From: Patescibacteria group bacterium
GTDB taxonomy: Bacteria > Patescibacteriota > Microgenomatia > Levybacterales > UBA12049
Assembly (NCBI GenBank): GCA_038063415.1
Contig: JBBTVD010000011.1
Coordinates: 779-64,778 of the forward strand
Reading direction: 5' to 3'
Length of the DNA stretch: 64,000 bases
Positions 27,640 to 36,934 of the stretch are shown here, one piece after another. Both the position numbers and the translations under genes were made by a program. Position 1 is the first letter of the stretch; each line of letters begins with the position of its first letter. The notes under the pieces were generated by a model. The model saw only the letters and a program-made list of their open reading frames with translations. It ran no database searches and was not told the origin of the DNA.

Positions 27640-29559
27640 ATGAAACTAGAAGCAGGAGGAGAGGGTAGCCCACAACCACAAATAACTAAAGAGACAGAAA
27701 ACTTCGGTCGTGGTGAAATCACCATAATACGAGCCAGGCCAACAGTCAAAAAAGCAGATGCGGATACCGCTCCTCTCTTTTTTGTTCAAGGACATGGACA
27801 AGAGCCAAATCTTGAAAAATATGTGAATCTGTTTTCCAAAACTGGTCGTGAAACTTTTAGCGTTGCCTTCACTGGTCCCAGAAGAGTAAATAGAAAAAGC
27901 TCACGAAATCGAGAAGCCCCTGAGATAAGCGCTAAGGTTCCACCCTATCAAGTAGATAAAGCAGAGGATATGATTGCAGCTATGGATACAGCAGGCATTC
28001 AGCAAGCAGACATCGTCGCTCCATCAGCGGGAGCGATTCCTGCACTGATTGCTCTTGCCAAATACCCAGATAGATTCCGTGATGTCGTTTTTGTCCATCC
28101 CAAACCTGATAATGTTGGTTATATAAAAACGCATCTACAGGTTTTAAAGGCGGGACATTTGTATAGGAAGAGAGTTGGTGGGGCAAAAATGCTGGCTGAT
28201 TTTAGAAAGATGGAGCTTGATAAAAAAGGATTCAGAGAAACCCGCATCGAACAAAAAACAGTCGCGCGTTTTCAATCACTTGCTGACTTGGTCATAGAGT
28301 TACGAGCAACGCAACCTCATTTGCGTTTTGCTCTCGTGGATCACAAAGACGATTATTGGTCTTCAGGAGATGAATTAAAAAAACGACTTGACCCATATCT
28401 TTCTACATTTGTAAGATCAGACTGGGAAGGACATGGTATTGGCCTAAAACAAGAGAGAGTAGACATGCTTGTTGAGCTTCTTGCCAAGATGGAAGAAGAA
28501 AGGGAAACTTCTCAATATTTGCATCCACCTATCCGCTGGCCGCATGAAGAAGGGCGCGGTTTAGCACGTTCGTTCAAAGTTCGTAGGCCAAAGAGGGAAA
28601 AGGGTGTACCATTCCAAATGGAAGCAATGCGCCGTTTAAATGGACCTGAAGCCGAATCCTTAGGGAATAAATTTAACTTTATAGAACTCACTCATAAATT
28701 AGGCTATCGTACTCCTCCTCAAATATTGGTCAATCCAGAGCAAAATCTATCAGATCGTCAAGAACTTGCTAACGAACATTTTAAGGATCCTACAGAAAAG
28801 ATTATTTGCAAACCTTTACATGGTGTTGGTGGATTAAAGATTACTGAATTGACAGCCGCAGATCTCCCTGCCTTTCTTCAGACAGTTACTGCTCCGTATA
28901 TTATTCAAAAGCTTATGCCTATTGAGGCCGAAATTCGCTACGCTCGTGTTGCAGACGAACGAAACCATGTCGTCAGAAGAATCTATGACGAGAAAGAAAT
29001 TCCCAAAGTCGTTGGAGATGGCCGAAGAACGAAAGGGCAATTAATTCGTAGAGGGCAAGTTCCTTGGTATTCAAAAATGATGACGCAGTTATTGAACATA
29101 GGAGACCTACGAACAGTTGTTCCTGAAGGAAGTACAGTTCATTTATCATTTTTTGGCACCCCTTATAAAGCGCCAGATGAACTTGAATGGAATTCGAAGA
29201 AAGAACAACGAGTCAAAAATGTTGATATGTTTATGCAACGATTTGTATCTGACTTTGAAGGAGAGTTACAAACGCCTCTCCCCTATTTATGTTTTGATAT
29301 CGGAATCCTTAGTCCTAAAGAAGTTTTAGATAAACAATATGATTCGTCTGACGACGCATTTACTGCACTAAAAGACATTCTTGTACCATTTGAAGCTCAA
29401 GTGCCTTTTTCTGTATACGGATACGCAAAAAGAAGTACAGCAACAAGGAGAGAAAAATGGAGGATTGTACGTCGAATGATGGGTCCAGGTTTCTTAGGAG
29501 GAAAAAAAGAAGATCTTATTGGTAAAACACCACAAAATGGAAAAAAAGGTATAAAATGA
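27640..29559 (+). CDS. Two-domain protein: N-terminal alpha/beta-hydrolase-like domain (nucleophile-elbow position reads APSAG, i.e. AxSxG not strict GxSxG) plus a C-terminal ATP-grasp-like domain
   Basis: DIVAPSAGAIPALIALAKYP and the N-terminal region are paralogous to pseudogene 4563..5467. The C-terminal KIICKPLHGVGGLKI...YIIQKLMP resembles an ATP-grasp (RimK-like) ATP-binding region. Domain calls are from motif recognition only. Confidence 0.55.
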   Translation: MKLEAGGEGSPQPQITKETENFGRGEITIIRARPTVKKADADTAPLFFVQGHGQEPNLEKYVNLFSKTGRETFSVAFTGPRRVNRKSSRNREAPEISAKVPPYQVDKAEDMIAAMDTAGIQQADIVAPSAGAIPALIALAKYPDRFRDVVFVHPKPDNVGYIKTHLQVLKAGHLYRKRVGGAKMLADFRKMELDKKGFRETRIEQKTVARFQSLADLVIELRATQPHLRFALVDHKDDYWSSGDELKKRLDPYLSTFVRSDWEGHGIGLKQERVDMLVELLAKMEEERETSQYLHPPIRWPHEEGRGLARSFKVRRPKREKGVPFQMEAMRRLNGPEAESLGNKFNFIELTHKLGYRTPPQILVNPEQNLSDRQELANEHFKDPTEKIICKPLHGVGGLKITELTAADLPAFLQTVTAPYIIQKLMPIEAEIRYARVADERNHVVRRIYDEKEIPKVVGDGRRTKGQLIRRGQVPWYSKMMTQLLNIGDLRTVVPEGSTVHLSFFGTPYKAPDELEWNSKKEQRVKNVDMFMQRFVSDFEGELQTPLPYLCFDIGILSPKEVLDKQYDSSDDAFTALKDILVPFEAQVPFSVYGYAKRSTATRREKWRIVRRMMGPGFLGGKKEDLIGKTPQNGKKGIK

Positions 29560-29588
29560 CAAGGGATCGTCTTAATCGTCGCCAGCCC

Positions 29589-30932
29589 TCAATTATGATC
29601 TTCTGCTGAGAAAAGAAACTCCTTCGGAATCCTATGTTCAGTTGAACGTGCAAACACTTCCTCAGTAAGTTTCACAATATCAGGAACCTGTGGCAAGACT
29701 TCTTTTTGGAAGAACTGCATGATTATAGCATCTTTATAGGATTCTTTCTGCATGGCAAGATGAAATGCCACTTGAACCTCCTCGGGAGTCCCCACACAAT
29801 CAAACGGTTTAATTTCAGCCACACCCAACAATTCTTTATAGGTTGCAAGAAGCTCTTCCTTCGCCAGAAGGTTCTGTCCAAAGAGACGTACAACTTCATC
29901 TTGAGAAAGGAAAGCAGCAAGCATGATAAAGGCAAACGAACATTTGGCACACTCGCCACACCATTTCCGATCAGAGCCTTTCCCTGTAACCGTAAAGTTA
30001 CGATTGCAGCTGGAAAATACCGGGAAATAGGCAGGATACTGGACAAATGCTTTGGTAATCGCAAGCTCAGACAAGGGACGAAGCAAAGAGAAATAATGCA
30101 CACTAGGGGTAATAAATTGTGCTACATATGACTGAAAAAGCTTTTCAAATTCAAACGACTTACTCCATTGATGGTTAACCACATCCCCCAGATACGCTAC
30201 ATTGCCATAATTTGCACTGTGCTCATTGGAAACGACAACATAGCGGTAATCAGAGAGGATTGCCGTAAATAACCCGAGAAAAGCATATTGTGCAGAAACA
30301 GGGATATGTCCGTTATAAGTATTCTCCCGCTTATTCAGCTCAAAGAGCTGCGAGTCGAGTGTCCGAGTAATAGTCAGCTCTTCTCCTCCAAGTAGCTGTA
30401 TCACTGCATCCCGAAGCGGGTGCCTATTCACAACAAAGCTGGTAAACGACTTTACATGCTTTTTGAGCAGCTCTGCTGAAACAATCGAGTCTTTCCCTCC
30501 ACCAATACCGACCAACGAGCGATCTTTACGAGGAAACGTAATCGGCGATGTTGTCTGATCAGCCGTAAAAGGAAAGGTAATACTTCCTCGAAAATCAAGC
30601 TTATTTTGATAAAAGAATTCACCCAACCCTTTGGTATACACCGTATTCCAAAAATCTGCCTGATCACGAGTCAGGCTAAAGCCTTTAATGATAATCTCTG
30701 GTGGACAAAACAGCTTATAATAACTGATTCCCAACACCAACAGCAAGTTCTGTAACGCTGTTTTGAGAAGTTCTGGGGGAATAGTTGGATCTTTTACTAA
30801 TGAAGGAAAGAGAACAGTTTCGGTGAAGGAAAAAGATTCGTTGTTGTGTTTGATCTCATAGGTAAATGACGCTTCCCCCTGCCCTTCGTCAAAGCTATAG
30901 CCCTTAAAAATAAATACGCTGTTTTGTGGCAT
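29589..30932 (-). CDS. PP-loop superfamily ATP pyrophosphatase with a QueC/ExsB-like C-terminal Cys cluster and a unique ~130-aa N-terminal domain
   Basis: GIGGGKDS (SGGxDS PP-loop) at about residue 135. C-terminal SSCN...WCGECAKCSFA resembles the QueC zinc site. Specificity unknown. Confidence 0.55.
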   Translation of the reverse strand: MPQNSVFIFKGYSFDEGQGEASFTYEIKHNNESFSFTETVLFPSLVKDPTIPPELLKTALQNLLLVLGISYYKLFCPPEIIIKGFSLTRDQADFWNTVYTKGLGEFFYQNKLDFRGSITFPFTADQTTSPITFPRKDRSLVGIGGGKDSIVSAELLKKHVKSFTSFVVNRHPLRDAVIQLLGGEELTITRTLDSQLFELNKRENTYNGHIPVSAQYAFLGLFTAILSDYRYVVVSNEHSANYGNVAYLGDVVNHQWSKSFEFEKLFQSYVAQFITPSVHYFSLLRPLSELAITKAFVQYPAYFPVFSSCNRNFTVTGKGSDRKWCGECAKCSFAFIMLAAFLSQDEVVRLFGQNLLAKEELLATYKELLGVAEIKPFDCVGTPEEVQVAFHLAMQKESYKDAIIMQFFQKEVLPQVPDIVKLTEEVFARSTEHRIPKEFLFSAEDHN

Positions 30933-30960
30933 AGATGTTGCTGTATCCTTCTGATCTGTG

Positions 30961-31034
30961 TACCAGAGGTGGGGATCGAACCCACGACCTCAGCGTTATG
31001 AATGCTGTGCTCTAACCGACTGAGCTACCCTGGC
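30961..31034 (-). tRNA. tRNA with CAU anticodon (elongator Met, or Ile2 if lysidinylated)
   Basis: Manual fold: acceptor GCCAGGG/CTCTGGT (two G-U pairs), D-arm GCTC-AGTCGGTTA-GAGC, anticodon arm CAGCA-TTCATAA-CGCTG (one A-C mismatch), T-arm GTGGG-TTCGATC-CCCAC. No encoded CCA. Confidence 0.8.
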
Positions 31035-31059
31035 AATTTATGCTCTATAGTATAGCAAT

Positions 31060-31088
31060 TTGACCTGCCTGAACGCAAATGGTATACT
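31060..31088 (+). promoter_or_regulatory. TTGACC-N17-TATACT promoter directly upstream of tRNA-fMet. A palindromic tatagtata region probably also supplies the divergent tRNA promoter.
   Basis: ttgacc at 31060-31065, a 17-bp spacer, tatact at 31083-31088, and the tRNA 5' end at 31099. Confidence 0.45.
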
Positions 31089-31098
31089 AGTGGATACA

Positions 31099-31167
31099 CG
31101 CGGGGTAGTGTACGGTGCACGTGAGGCTCATAATCTTACAGGCTAGGTTCAACTCCTAGCCCCGCAA
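31099..31167 (+). tRNA. Initiator tRNA-fMet (CAU). The D-arm is short and the anticodon stem is not GC-rich.
   Basis: 5' CGCGGGG and 3' CCCCGCA-A reproduce the bacterial initiator acceptor stem with the C1xA72 mismatch. The anticodon loop CTCATAA is identical to E. coli tRNA-fMet. T-arm is CTAGG-TTCAACT-CCTAG. The fold gives only 69 nt with a 3-bp D-stem. Confidence 0.6.
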
Positions 31168-31281
31168 CAGAGAATTGTTTAATCACATAAAGATATCTAT
31201 ACTTCGACAAGGTTTAGCAAGGTTTAGCCTCAAATTAATGACTAATGCCTCTATCTAGAGTCACATGACAGTCACATTAGA

Positions 31282-31509
31282 TTATGCCCAAAGCTGATCG
31301 TGTAAGCAGGCGCCATTAGACAAAGCAGAAATATATTCCCCAATATCATCAGCACGAGAATTGTTTTGTTTGAATTCTACCCACTCAGTCTCTTTAGGTA
31401 GAGTAATTAAACGTTCTAATATCTCCGATTCTCCCATATTATTATTTGCTATTATAACATCCTTTATAAAGGTCAACGTATAATATGCAACAGAACAATC
31501 TCTTGACAC
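31282..31509 (-). pseudogene. Truncated N-terminal fragment of an AlbA_2 / divergent-AAA (Schlafen-like) domain protein
   Basis: 75 aa containing ETEWVEFKQNNSRADDIGEYISALSN, the characteristic start of AlbA_2-domain putative regulators that are normally 400-500 aa. Sits next to tRNAs. Confidence 0.4.
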
Positions 31510-31538
31510 GTCTTTATCATCTATGAAACCATAGATCT

Positions 31539-32255
31539 ATGATCGAAGAAACGGTCGAAAAGCCACAGCTGCCCAGTAGCACACTCAGTCAAATACAAAA
31601 ATTACTGCTCCTTATCAAGCAAAATAAAACTTTAGCGCTTTTTCTGGGGTTTGCAATCCTCTTTGCGGCAGGCACAACTGCTTATTACTTCATCGCCCCG
31701 AGCCAACACAATCAATCGCAACTTTTTGCTCCTGTTAGACAAGAAGCAACTCTCCCACCACCATCGCCTACCGCTACAGACGCACCAACACCGACGCTCC
31801 CTCTCGTCACAATGCTTCCTAGCCCAACAGCAACCCCAAGTCCAACACCCACCTATAACCCACTTGCCTGGATTACCTATCCCAACGTACTGTATGGCTA
31901 TAGCGTACAATATCCACCAAATTGGTATGTCATTAGTCTTGGAGAACTCGAACCTATGGTACCCAACTATGTTGTCTTTAACCCCAACACCGCCTCAACG
32001 AGTGCGCAATCAATCACTATCTCAGTCAGCAAACGAACGTTTGAACAGCAGCTTGCCATCGGTGGAAATGGACAAAACACTTCGATTACCGTCGGAGGCA
32101 TCCCGGGAACGCTCCAAACATTACAAGACTCCGACGGCAATCAATCGTTGCTCGCAATTGTGCCCTTGACCAACACACTCCTGCTTTTCTATAGTGATAC
32201 GATGTTTACTACGATCTTTTATCAGATGCTCTCTTCGGTGAAGATTACTAACTAA
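31539..32255 (+). CDS. Hypothetical membrane-anchored or secreted protein with a Pro/Thr-rich linker
   Basis: N-terminal transmembrane helix, a PPPSPTATDAPTPTLP...TPSPTPT linker, and a C-terminal globular region. Confidence 0.5.
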   Translation: MIEETVEKPQLPSSTLSQIQKLLLLIKQNKTLALFLGFAILFAAGTTAYYFIAPSQHNQSQLFAPVRQEATLPPPSPTATDAPTPTLPLVTMLPSPTATPSPTPTYNPLAWITYPNVLYGYSVQYPPNWYVISLGELEPMVPNYVVFNPNTASTSAQSITISVSKRTFEQQLAIGGNGQNTSITVGGIPGTLQTLQDSDGNQSLLAIVPLTNTLLLFYSDTMFTTIFYQMLSSVKITN

Positions 32256-32509
32256 TGAATACCTGGTTTGTCTATATTTTGCTCTGTCGTGATACAAGTC
32301 TGTATACAGGAGCTTCTCCTGATCCAGAGGAAAGGTTTCTCACGCATCAAAAAGGTAAAGGGAGCAAATATACCAGGTCGCATCCTCCTTTAAAGCTCGT
32401 CTATCAAGAAGCCTGTGGGACTCATTCTAACGCTCTCAAACGTGAATTGGAGATTAAAAGCTGGAGTCGAGAGAAAAAGATTACACAGCTTGGCCTTATC
32501 TTAACGTAA
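32255..32509 (+). CDS. GIY-YIG nuclease family protein (UPF0213-like)
   Basis: WFVYIL...SLYTG...KYT...ELEIKSWSREKK pattern in 84 aa. ATG overlaps the preceding stop (taATGa). Confidence 0.8.
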   Translation: MNTWFVYILLCRDTSLYTGASPDPEERFLTHQKGKGSKYTRSHPPLKLVYQEACGTHSNALKRELEIKSWSREKKITQLGLILT

Positions 32510-32525
32510 GGTAGCAAAATGCTAG

Positions 32526-33698
32526 TTAATCAAGCGTTTTTTTAAAGTCATCCTCAGTAATTTTGTAGCGCATTGATTGGAAGATATACTGCACGAGTCG
32601 GTTGATTAAAAAAGCAATGGCTAAAAGTAACACAAGGTAAAAGAATCCCACGAACGAAATATTGGGGTATGCTATTTTCTCCAAATGAGCCAAGATTACC
32701 CCGACAATACCCACACTAGAGATAATAGTAAGTGCCGTAACGGCATTTTTGGTACTCGTTTGATTAAGCTCGTTAAAGATTTGAATGCCTGCATCGACGT
32801 ATTGCTTGGTCATCTTCCACAAGGATTTTACATAATCGAGCGTGTGTTGTAAGTTCTCATAGCGAAAAGCGAGTATCTTTGTCAGTACTTTTTCCCACCC
32901 ACTTTCTTTGACAATGGTTGCCCTAGTACTGATATAGAGGCCCATTTGCTCGATTCTCCCATCAATGAGTTCAATCGTCTTTTTGTAGCCTTCCAGTTCT
33001 TGTCGTTGTCGTTCAATATCCCGACCACTAATGGAGCCCTGCTCTTTAATTCTTTCTATCTTTTCCCAAATTATTCGGTGGAGATTGAGATATCGATGCA
33101 ACTGTGCTTTAAACTCACTAAAGAAGATAAGCATACCAATAAGCGATTCAATCTGCTCAAAGGACTCTTCTTCATTCAGCACAAAATGGGTGTCTCCCCG
33201 ATAAATGGCAACTGCTTTATCCTGCAATTCAAAATACTCTTCCTCTCCAAGTTCTTTCAGAAGCTTATCAACCGTTTCACGGCTAGCTTTCTTCGTAACA
33301 AGAAAATACGGATAAATTGGTTGCACTTTTGCCAACTCTTTAGGCACGGGAGCTCCCAAACTAAACAAATATTGTATGGCTGGCGCAAACTTTTTTTCAT
33401 AATAATCAGAAAGTTTTTCCTTTGCCTCTCCAAGTTCATGAAAAGAAAGCTTCATGACAACTAATCCATCTTCAAAAAAAGTGATAGCTATCCCACTTGT
33501 CGTCTCTATGACAAGTGATTCAAGCACATCAAGCTTATACGTTACTGTCTTCAACGTAAGATCCTGTTGGAGCTGCTTGAGCTTGGTTTTGTCCAGAGCA
33601 AGTGGGCTCGTTCCATCACGAAGGAAATCATACACTTCGGAAAGATGGAGCGATGTTCGCTGATACCAGTAGCCTAGATAGAGTTGATGAGGTGTCAT
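32526..33698 (-). CDS. Hypothetical protein with a C-terminal transmembrane pair (CorA-like topology, no GMN motif)
   Basis: 390 aa: coiled-coil-rich soluble domain then two hydrophobic helices at the C-terminus. Confidence 0.5.
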   Translation of the reverse strand: MTPHQLYLGYWYQRTSLHLSEVYDFLRDGTSPLALDKTKLKQLQQDLTLKTVTYKLDVLESLVIETTSGIAITFFEDGLVVMKLSFHELGEAKEKLSDYYEKKFAPAIQYLFSLGAPVPKELAKVQPIYPYFLVTKKASRETVDKLLKELGEEEYFELQDKAVAIYRGDTHFVLNEEESFEQIESLIGMLIFFSEFKAQLHRYLNLHRIIWEKIERIKEQGSISGRDIERQRQELEGYKKTIELIDGRIEQMGLYISTRATIVKESGWEKVLTKILAFRYENLQHTLDYVKSLWKMTKQYVDAGIQIFNELNQTSTKNAVTALTIISSVGIVGVILAHLEKIAYPNISFVGFFYLVLLLAIAFLINRLVQYIFQSMRYKITEDDFKKTLD

Positions 33699-33724
33699 TA
33701 TATTCAGAATAGCACAAAAAAAAC

Positions 33725-34429
33725 CTAGAGAACACTCCCTTTTTTGTTATCTCGAAAAGAAAAATAGTCAGCTGGTGAAACAATTACATGATCAAGAAGC
33801 GCAATCCCCATAACCTCTCCTGCTTCCTGTATCCGATTGGTAAAAACAATATCATCATCAGAAGGTGTAGCGTCTCCTGAAGGATGATTGTGTGCCACGA
33901 GGATAAAAGCACAAGGGGTCTTCAGAGCAACACTAAAAATCTCTTTGGGCGTGATTTGGAGACTATTGAGGCTTCCTATGCCAACTATTTCTTTTTGGAG
34001 TAACTCATACCGGGCATTGAGATAAAAAACAACCAGATGTTCCTGACGTTTGAGGGCAAATTCACGAAGTTGTGCCAGAGCAGCTTCTGTTGAATTAAAA
34101 ACTACTTTGGCAAAAGAGGAAGGTGCAAACATCCGTTCTCCAAGCTCAAGTACTGCTGCCAAACGAGCCGCTTTACTTTTACCAATGCCGGGAATAGTCG
34201 CAAACTGTTCTTGGGAGAGACTTCCCCACTGTCGTAGTGGATATTTACGAAGCAAGGTATCACTCAGGGCAAGGACATTTTGACCTTTCCTACCGGTACC
34301 TAGGATAATCGCCAGAAGTTCTGCATCAGAAAGATTTCCTGAACCAACCGTTATAAGTTTTTCTCTCGGCCGAAGCGCAGATGGTAAGTCTTTAATTCTC
34401 CCCTTGCTTTTTAACTTTGAATTTTTCAT
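33725..34429 (-). CDS. RadC-like JAB/MPN domain protein
   Basis: Helix-hairpin-helix N-terminus (LSDAELLAIILGTG) and the JAB motif HNHPSG...S..D. Start reassigned to MKNSKLK at 34429. Confidence 0.85.
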   Translation of the reverse strand: MKNSKLKSKGRIKDLPSALRPREKLITVGSGNLSDAELLAIILGTGRKGQNVLALSDTLLRKYPLRQWGSLSQEQFATIPGIGKSKAARLAAVLELGERMFAPSSFAKVVFNSTEAALAQLREFALKRQEHLVVFYLNARYELLQKEIVGIGSLNSLQITPKEIFSVALKTPCAFILVAHNHPSGDATPSDDDIVFTNRIQEAGEVMGIALLDHVIVSPADYFSFRDNKKGSVL

Positions 34430-34454
34430 GCTAAGTATAGTATAATAAGAATAT

Positions 34455-34781
34455 ATGACAGATGTCACGCAGCAATCAAAAAAGACAAAAGAGCTCAGTG
34501 AACTTGCGCAACGTATCCGCAAAGCACGAAAAACGGCGCATTTATCACAACATGATTTAGGAGCCAGTGTTGGCGTTTCTGATAAATCAGTCTCTGCCTA
34601 TGAACAAGGTCGGAGTGTCCCTCCAATCAGTAAACTTAAAAAAATTGCTGACGCGACACAACATCCCCTTTCTTTCTTTACCCAAGAAAATGTTGATGAA
34701 GCAACGATTACAGCCAAGCTCCTCTCTATTGAACGAGAACTTACCGAGGTAAGAAAACTCCTCAAAGAGAAAAAGAAATAG
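34455..34781 (+). CDS. XRE-family helix-turn-helix transcriptional regulator
   Basis: Classic Cro/C1 HTH (LSQHDLGASVGVSDKSVSAYEQGRSVPPISKLKKIA). Divergent from radC. Confidence 0.8.
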   Translation: MTDVTQQSKKTKELSELAQRIRKARKTAHLSQHDLGASVGVSDKSVSAYEQGRSVPPISKLKKIADATQHPLSFFTQENVDEATITAKLLSIERELTEVRKLLKEKKK

Positions 34782-34826
34782 TATTGCCTCTTGACAAACT
34801 AGATATTTCTCTCGTATCATGAGAGT

Positions 34827-35159
34827 ATGAAACAAAAATGTGGCATCATTTTTCTTGATGCATCTGAGGTTATTGTCCGTATCTACGAAGTTACTGATAA
34901 AGAATGGAGTCTCTTCTACTTTCACACAACGACGCTTCAGTTCAAAACCATACGATCCTTACATGTTACTGAAATTCTGGCTGATTTTTTTCTCACCAAA
35001 CCTGCCCAGGAAGTAAATGACTGGAAAATCTGTACCAGACAACTATCGCTCGCCCTGACAAATGAAGTCTCTCTAGCAACGGGTATGCAAATTGAACGGT
35101 TAACGCCTATCCGTGAACAAGAACTTCTTTGCCGAGGTATGTTCACTGAATTGTGGTGA
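34827..35159 (+). CDS. Hypothetical protein (110 aa)
   Basis: ORF only. Weak resemblance to the N-terminus of actin-like ATPases (Ppx/GppA) is not persuasive. Confidence 0.35.
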   Translation: MKQKCGIIFLDASEVIVRIYEVTDKEWSLFYFHTTTLQFKTIRSLHVTEILADFFLTKPAQEVNDWKICTRQLSLALTNEVSLATGMQIERLTPIREQELLCRGMFTELW

Positions 35160-35169
35160 AGGAAAATCG

Positions 35170-35523
35170 TTACTTTTGAGGGAAAAAGAGATCTATCCAT
35201 TTTTCCCAGTTTTGCCTATGAGGCGGTGGCGTTACTGAAGGGCTGGGAGCAAGCATACTTGTCGGAACGATTACAATATCTTCTCCCGGCTTTGCCAAAA
35301 AGAGCTTATTTCGTGCTTCTTCTTCGACAAACTGTGCTTTCGAAGCTTGTGCAAGTTTTTTCTGAAGCTCTTGGTTCTCTTGTTTTTCTTTATCCAAAGA
35401 TTGTTGTGAGCTAACAAGTAAATCTTTCTTCTGAAGCAGTGTATAAATAGAATTCACGAGGTTATTAATAATAACAATCGAAGCAATAATAACGATAAAA
35501 AAAGCTATTCTCTTTATTGCCAT
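35170..35523 (-). CDS. FtsB/DivIC-like septum formation initiator (putative)
   Basis: N-terminal transmembrane helix, then a coiled coil (EKQENQELQKKLAQ). Size and layout typical of FtsB/FtsL. Confidence 0.5.
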   Translation of the reverse strand: MAIKRIAFFIVIIASIVIINNLVNSIYTLLQKKDLLVSSQQSLDKEKQENQELQKKLAQASKAQFVEEEARNKLFLAKPGEDIVIVPTSMLAPSPSVTPPPHRQNWEKWIDLFFPQK

Positions 35524-35622
35524 GGTGAGATATAATCATAGTCTGTTTTCTACCAATTTGCAAAAACCCGTTTTTTTGCTTGACTATAAGCATTTTTATT
35601 GATATTATGGGACTTACTATTT

Positions 35623-36483
35623 ATGAAACCGATCAAAATAGACGACGCACATAAAGAATTCTTGGATTTTTTGAAAGCAAAGAAGCACTCAACGGCTACC
35701 GTTCTTGCCTATGGTAAAGATATTGATCAGCTCGCTTCTTTCCTTCAGGAACTTGAAAAGCATCATATTCATGATGTCTCAAAAGATGATATCCAGTCTT
35801 TCCTTGGAAAATTAGCTGAAAAAGGCTACACACCTAAGTCACTTTCTCGTAAACTTAACTCTACCCGTACTTTTTACCGTTTCTTAAAAGTGAATGAGTA
35901 TGTTACTGATGATCCTTCCCTCTTAGTATCACATCCACAGTATGAACTGGCTGCACCAAGAATCCTTAAGCCAACCGAATATAGAGCGCTTCGTGACGCT
36001 GCGCGCAATGATGCACGAATGTACGCTATTATCGAAATCCTTCTTCAGACTGGTATTCGTATTGGTGAACTCGCTGATCTGCGTGTTGGAGATATTAGAA
36101 CAGATGACCTCCTTATCAGACCTCATGAAAAACATGCCGAGAGACTTGTCCCTATTAATAAATCTGCTAAAGAAGCTCTTCATCGATATATGCAGACTCG
36201 TCCACAAATTGAAGATGATCACGTATTCGTAACGAAATCTGGCAAACCTTTCCTCGTCAGAAATATAAGAACAGCGATTGAGCGATATTTCCGAATCGCC
36301 GGAATTGAAAATGCAAAAGTGAACGACCTCCGCCATACGTTTGTCGCCCATCATTTGAAGCATGGGGTTTCACTCGTGCTACTCTCAAAGATTCTTGGAC
36401 ATCGAAGACTCTCAACAACCGAAAGATACCTTGAATACGTCCAAGACCGAGCAAAAGATACCACAACCCTCAGCGAGCTCTAA
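35623..36483 (+). CDS. Tyrosine site-specific recombinase (XerC/XerD-like or integrase)
   Basis: N-terminal SAM-like core-binding domain and a C-terminal catalytic R...HxxR...Y motif (LRHTFVAHHL ... GHRRLSTTERYLEY). Confidence 0.85.
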   Translation: MKPIKIDDAHKEFLDFLKAKKHSTATVLAYGKDIDQLASFLQELEKHHIHDVSKDDIQSFLGKLAEKGYTPKSLSRKLNSTRTFYRFLKVNEYVTDDPSLLVSHPQYELAAPRILKPTEYRALRDAARNDARMYAIIEILLQTGIRIGELADLRVGDIRTDDLLIRPHEKHAERLVPINKSAKEALHRYMQTRPQIEDDHVFVTKSGKPFLVRNIRTAIERYFRIAGIENAKVNDLRHTFVAHHLKHGVSLVLLSKILGHRRLSTTERYLEYVQDRAKDTTTLSEL

Positions 36484-36486
36484 AGG

Positions 36487-36933
36487 ATGAAGCGGCTTGG
36501 AGAAAAGACAATTATCACAAATTTTCTCAAACAGCATACCCTTGCCACAATTGCTACTGTTAATCCAAAAAATCTTAAACCGGAATCTGCACTAATTGCT
36601 TTCGCAGAGCTTGAGAACTTAGAAATACTTTTTATAACGCTCGAGGGATCTCGTAAATACACGAACCTTCTACAAAATACTCAAGTCGCAATGGTTATTG
36701 GCTGGGATAAACACTATTGGAGAACCCTTCAATATGAAGGACTGGCAGTGAGTGTTGAACCCGCTGCTGTTGCTTACTATAAAGAACTCTTCTCACAGAA
36801 AAAAGATACACCGTGTACTGAGGTATTCCTTTCCAATCCAGACATGAAGCTCTTTAAGATTACACCAACGTGGATTGGGTACTCTGATTTCACTGGGAAA
36901 AAACCACAGGTAATTGAGCTGAAGAACTTCTAG
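36487..36933 (+). CDS. Pyridoxamine 5'-phosphate oxidase-like FMN-binding split-barrel protein
   Basis: 148 aa with a LATIATVNP...VAMVIGWD pattern typical of the PNPOx-like / general stress protein 26 family. Confidence 0.65.
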   Translation: MKRLGEKTIITNFLKQHTLATIATVNPKNLKPESALIAFAELENLEILFITLEGSRKYTNLLQNTQVAMVIGWDKHYWRTLQYEGLAVSVEPAAVAYYKELFSQKKDTPCTEVFLSNPDMKLFKITPTWIGYSDFTGKKPQVIELKNF

Positions 36934-36934
36934 G

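Noticed and set aside
29589-30932. PP-loop ATPase read as tRNA(Ile)-lysidine synthetase TilS because of the adjacent CAU tRNAs
   Set aside because: The PP-loop sits at about residue 135 after a non-TilS N-terminal domain, and the C-terminal Cys cluster is QueC-like. A UAU tRNA nearby also makes TilS unnecessary.
31168-31290. Search for an att-site duplicate of the tRNA 3' ends bounding the putative islet
   Set aside because: No copy of the tRNA-fMet or tRNA-Ile 3' sequences was found by eye. Only an unrelated 11-bp direct repeat (caaggtttagc x2).
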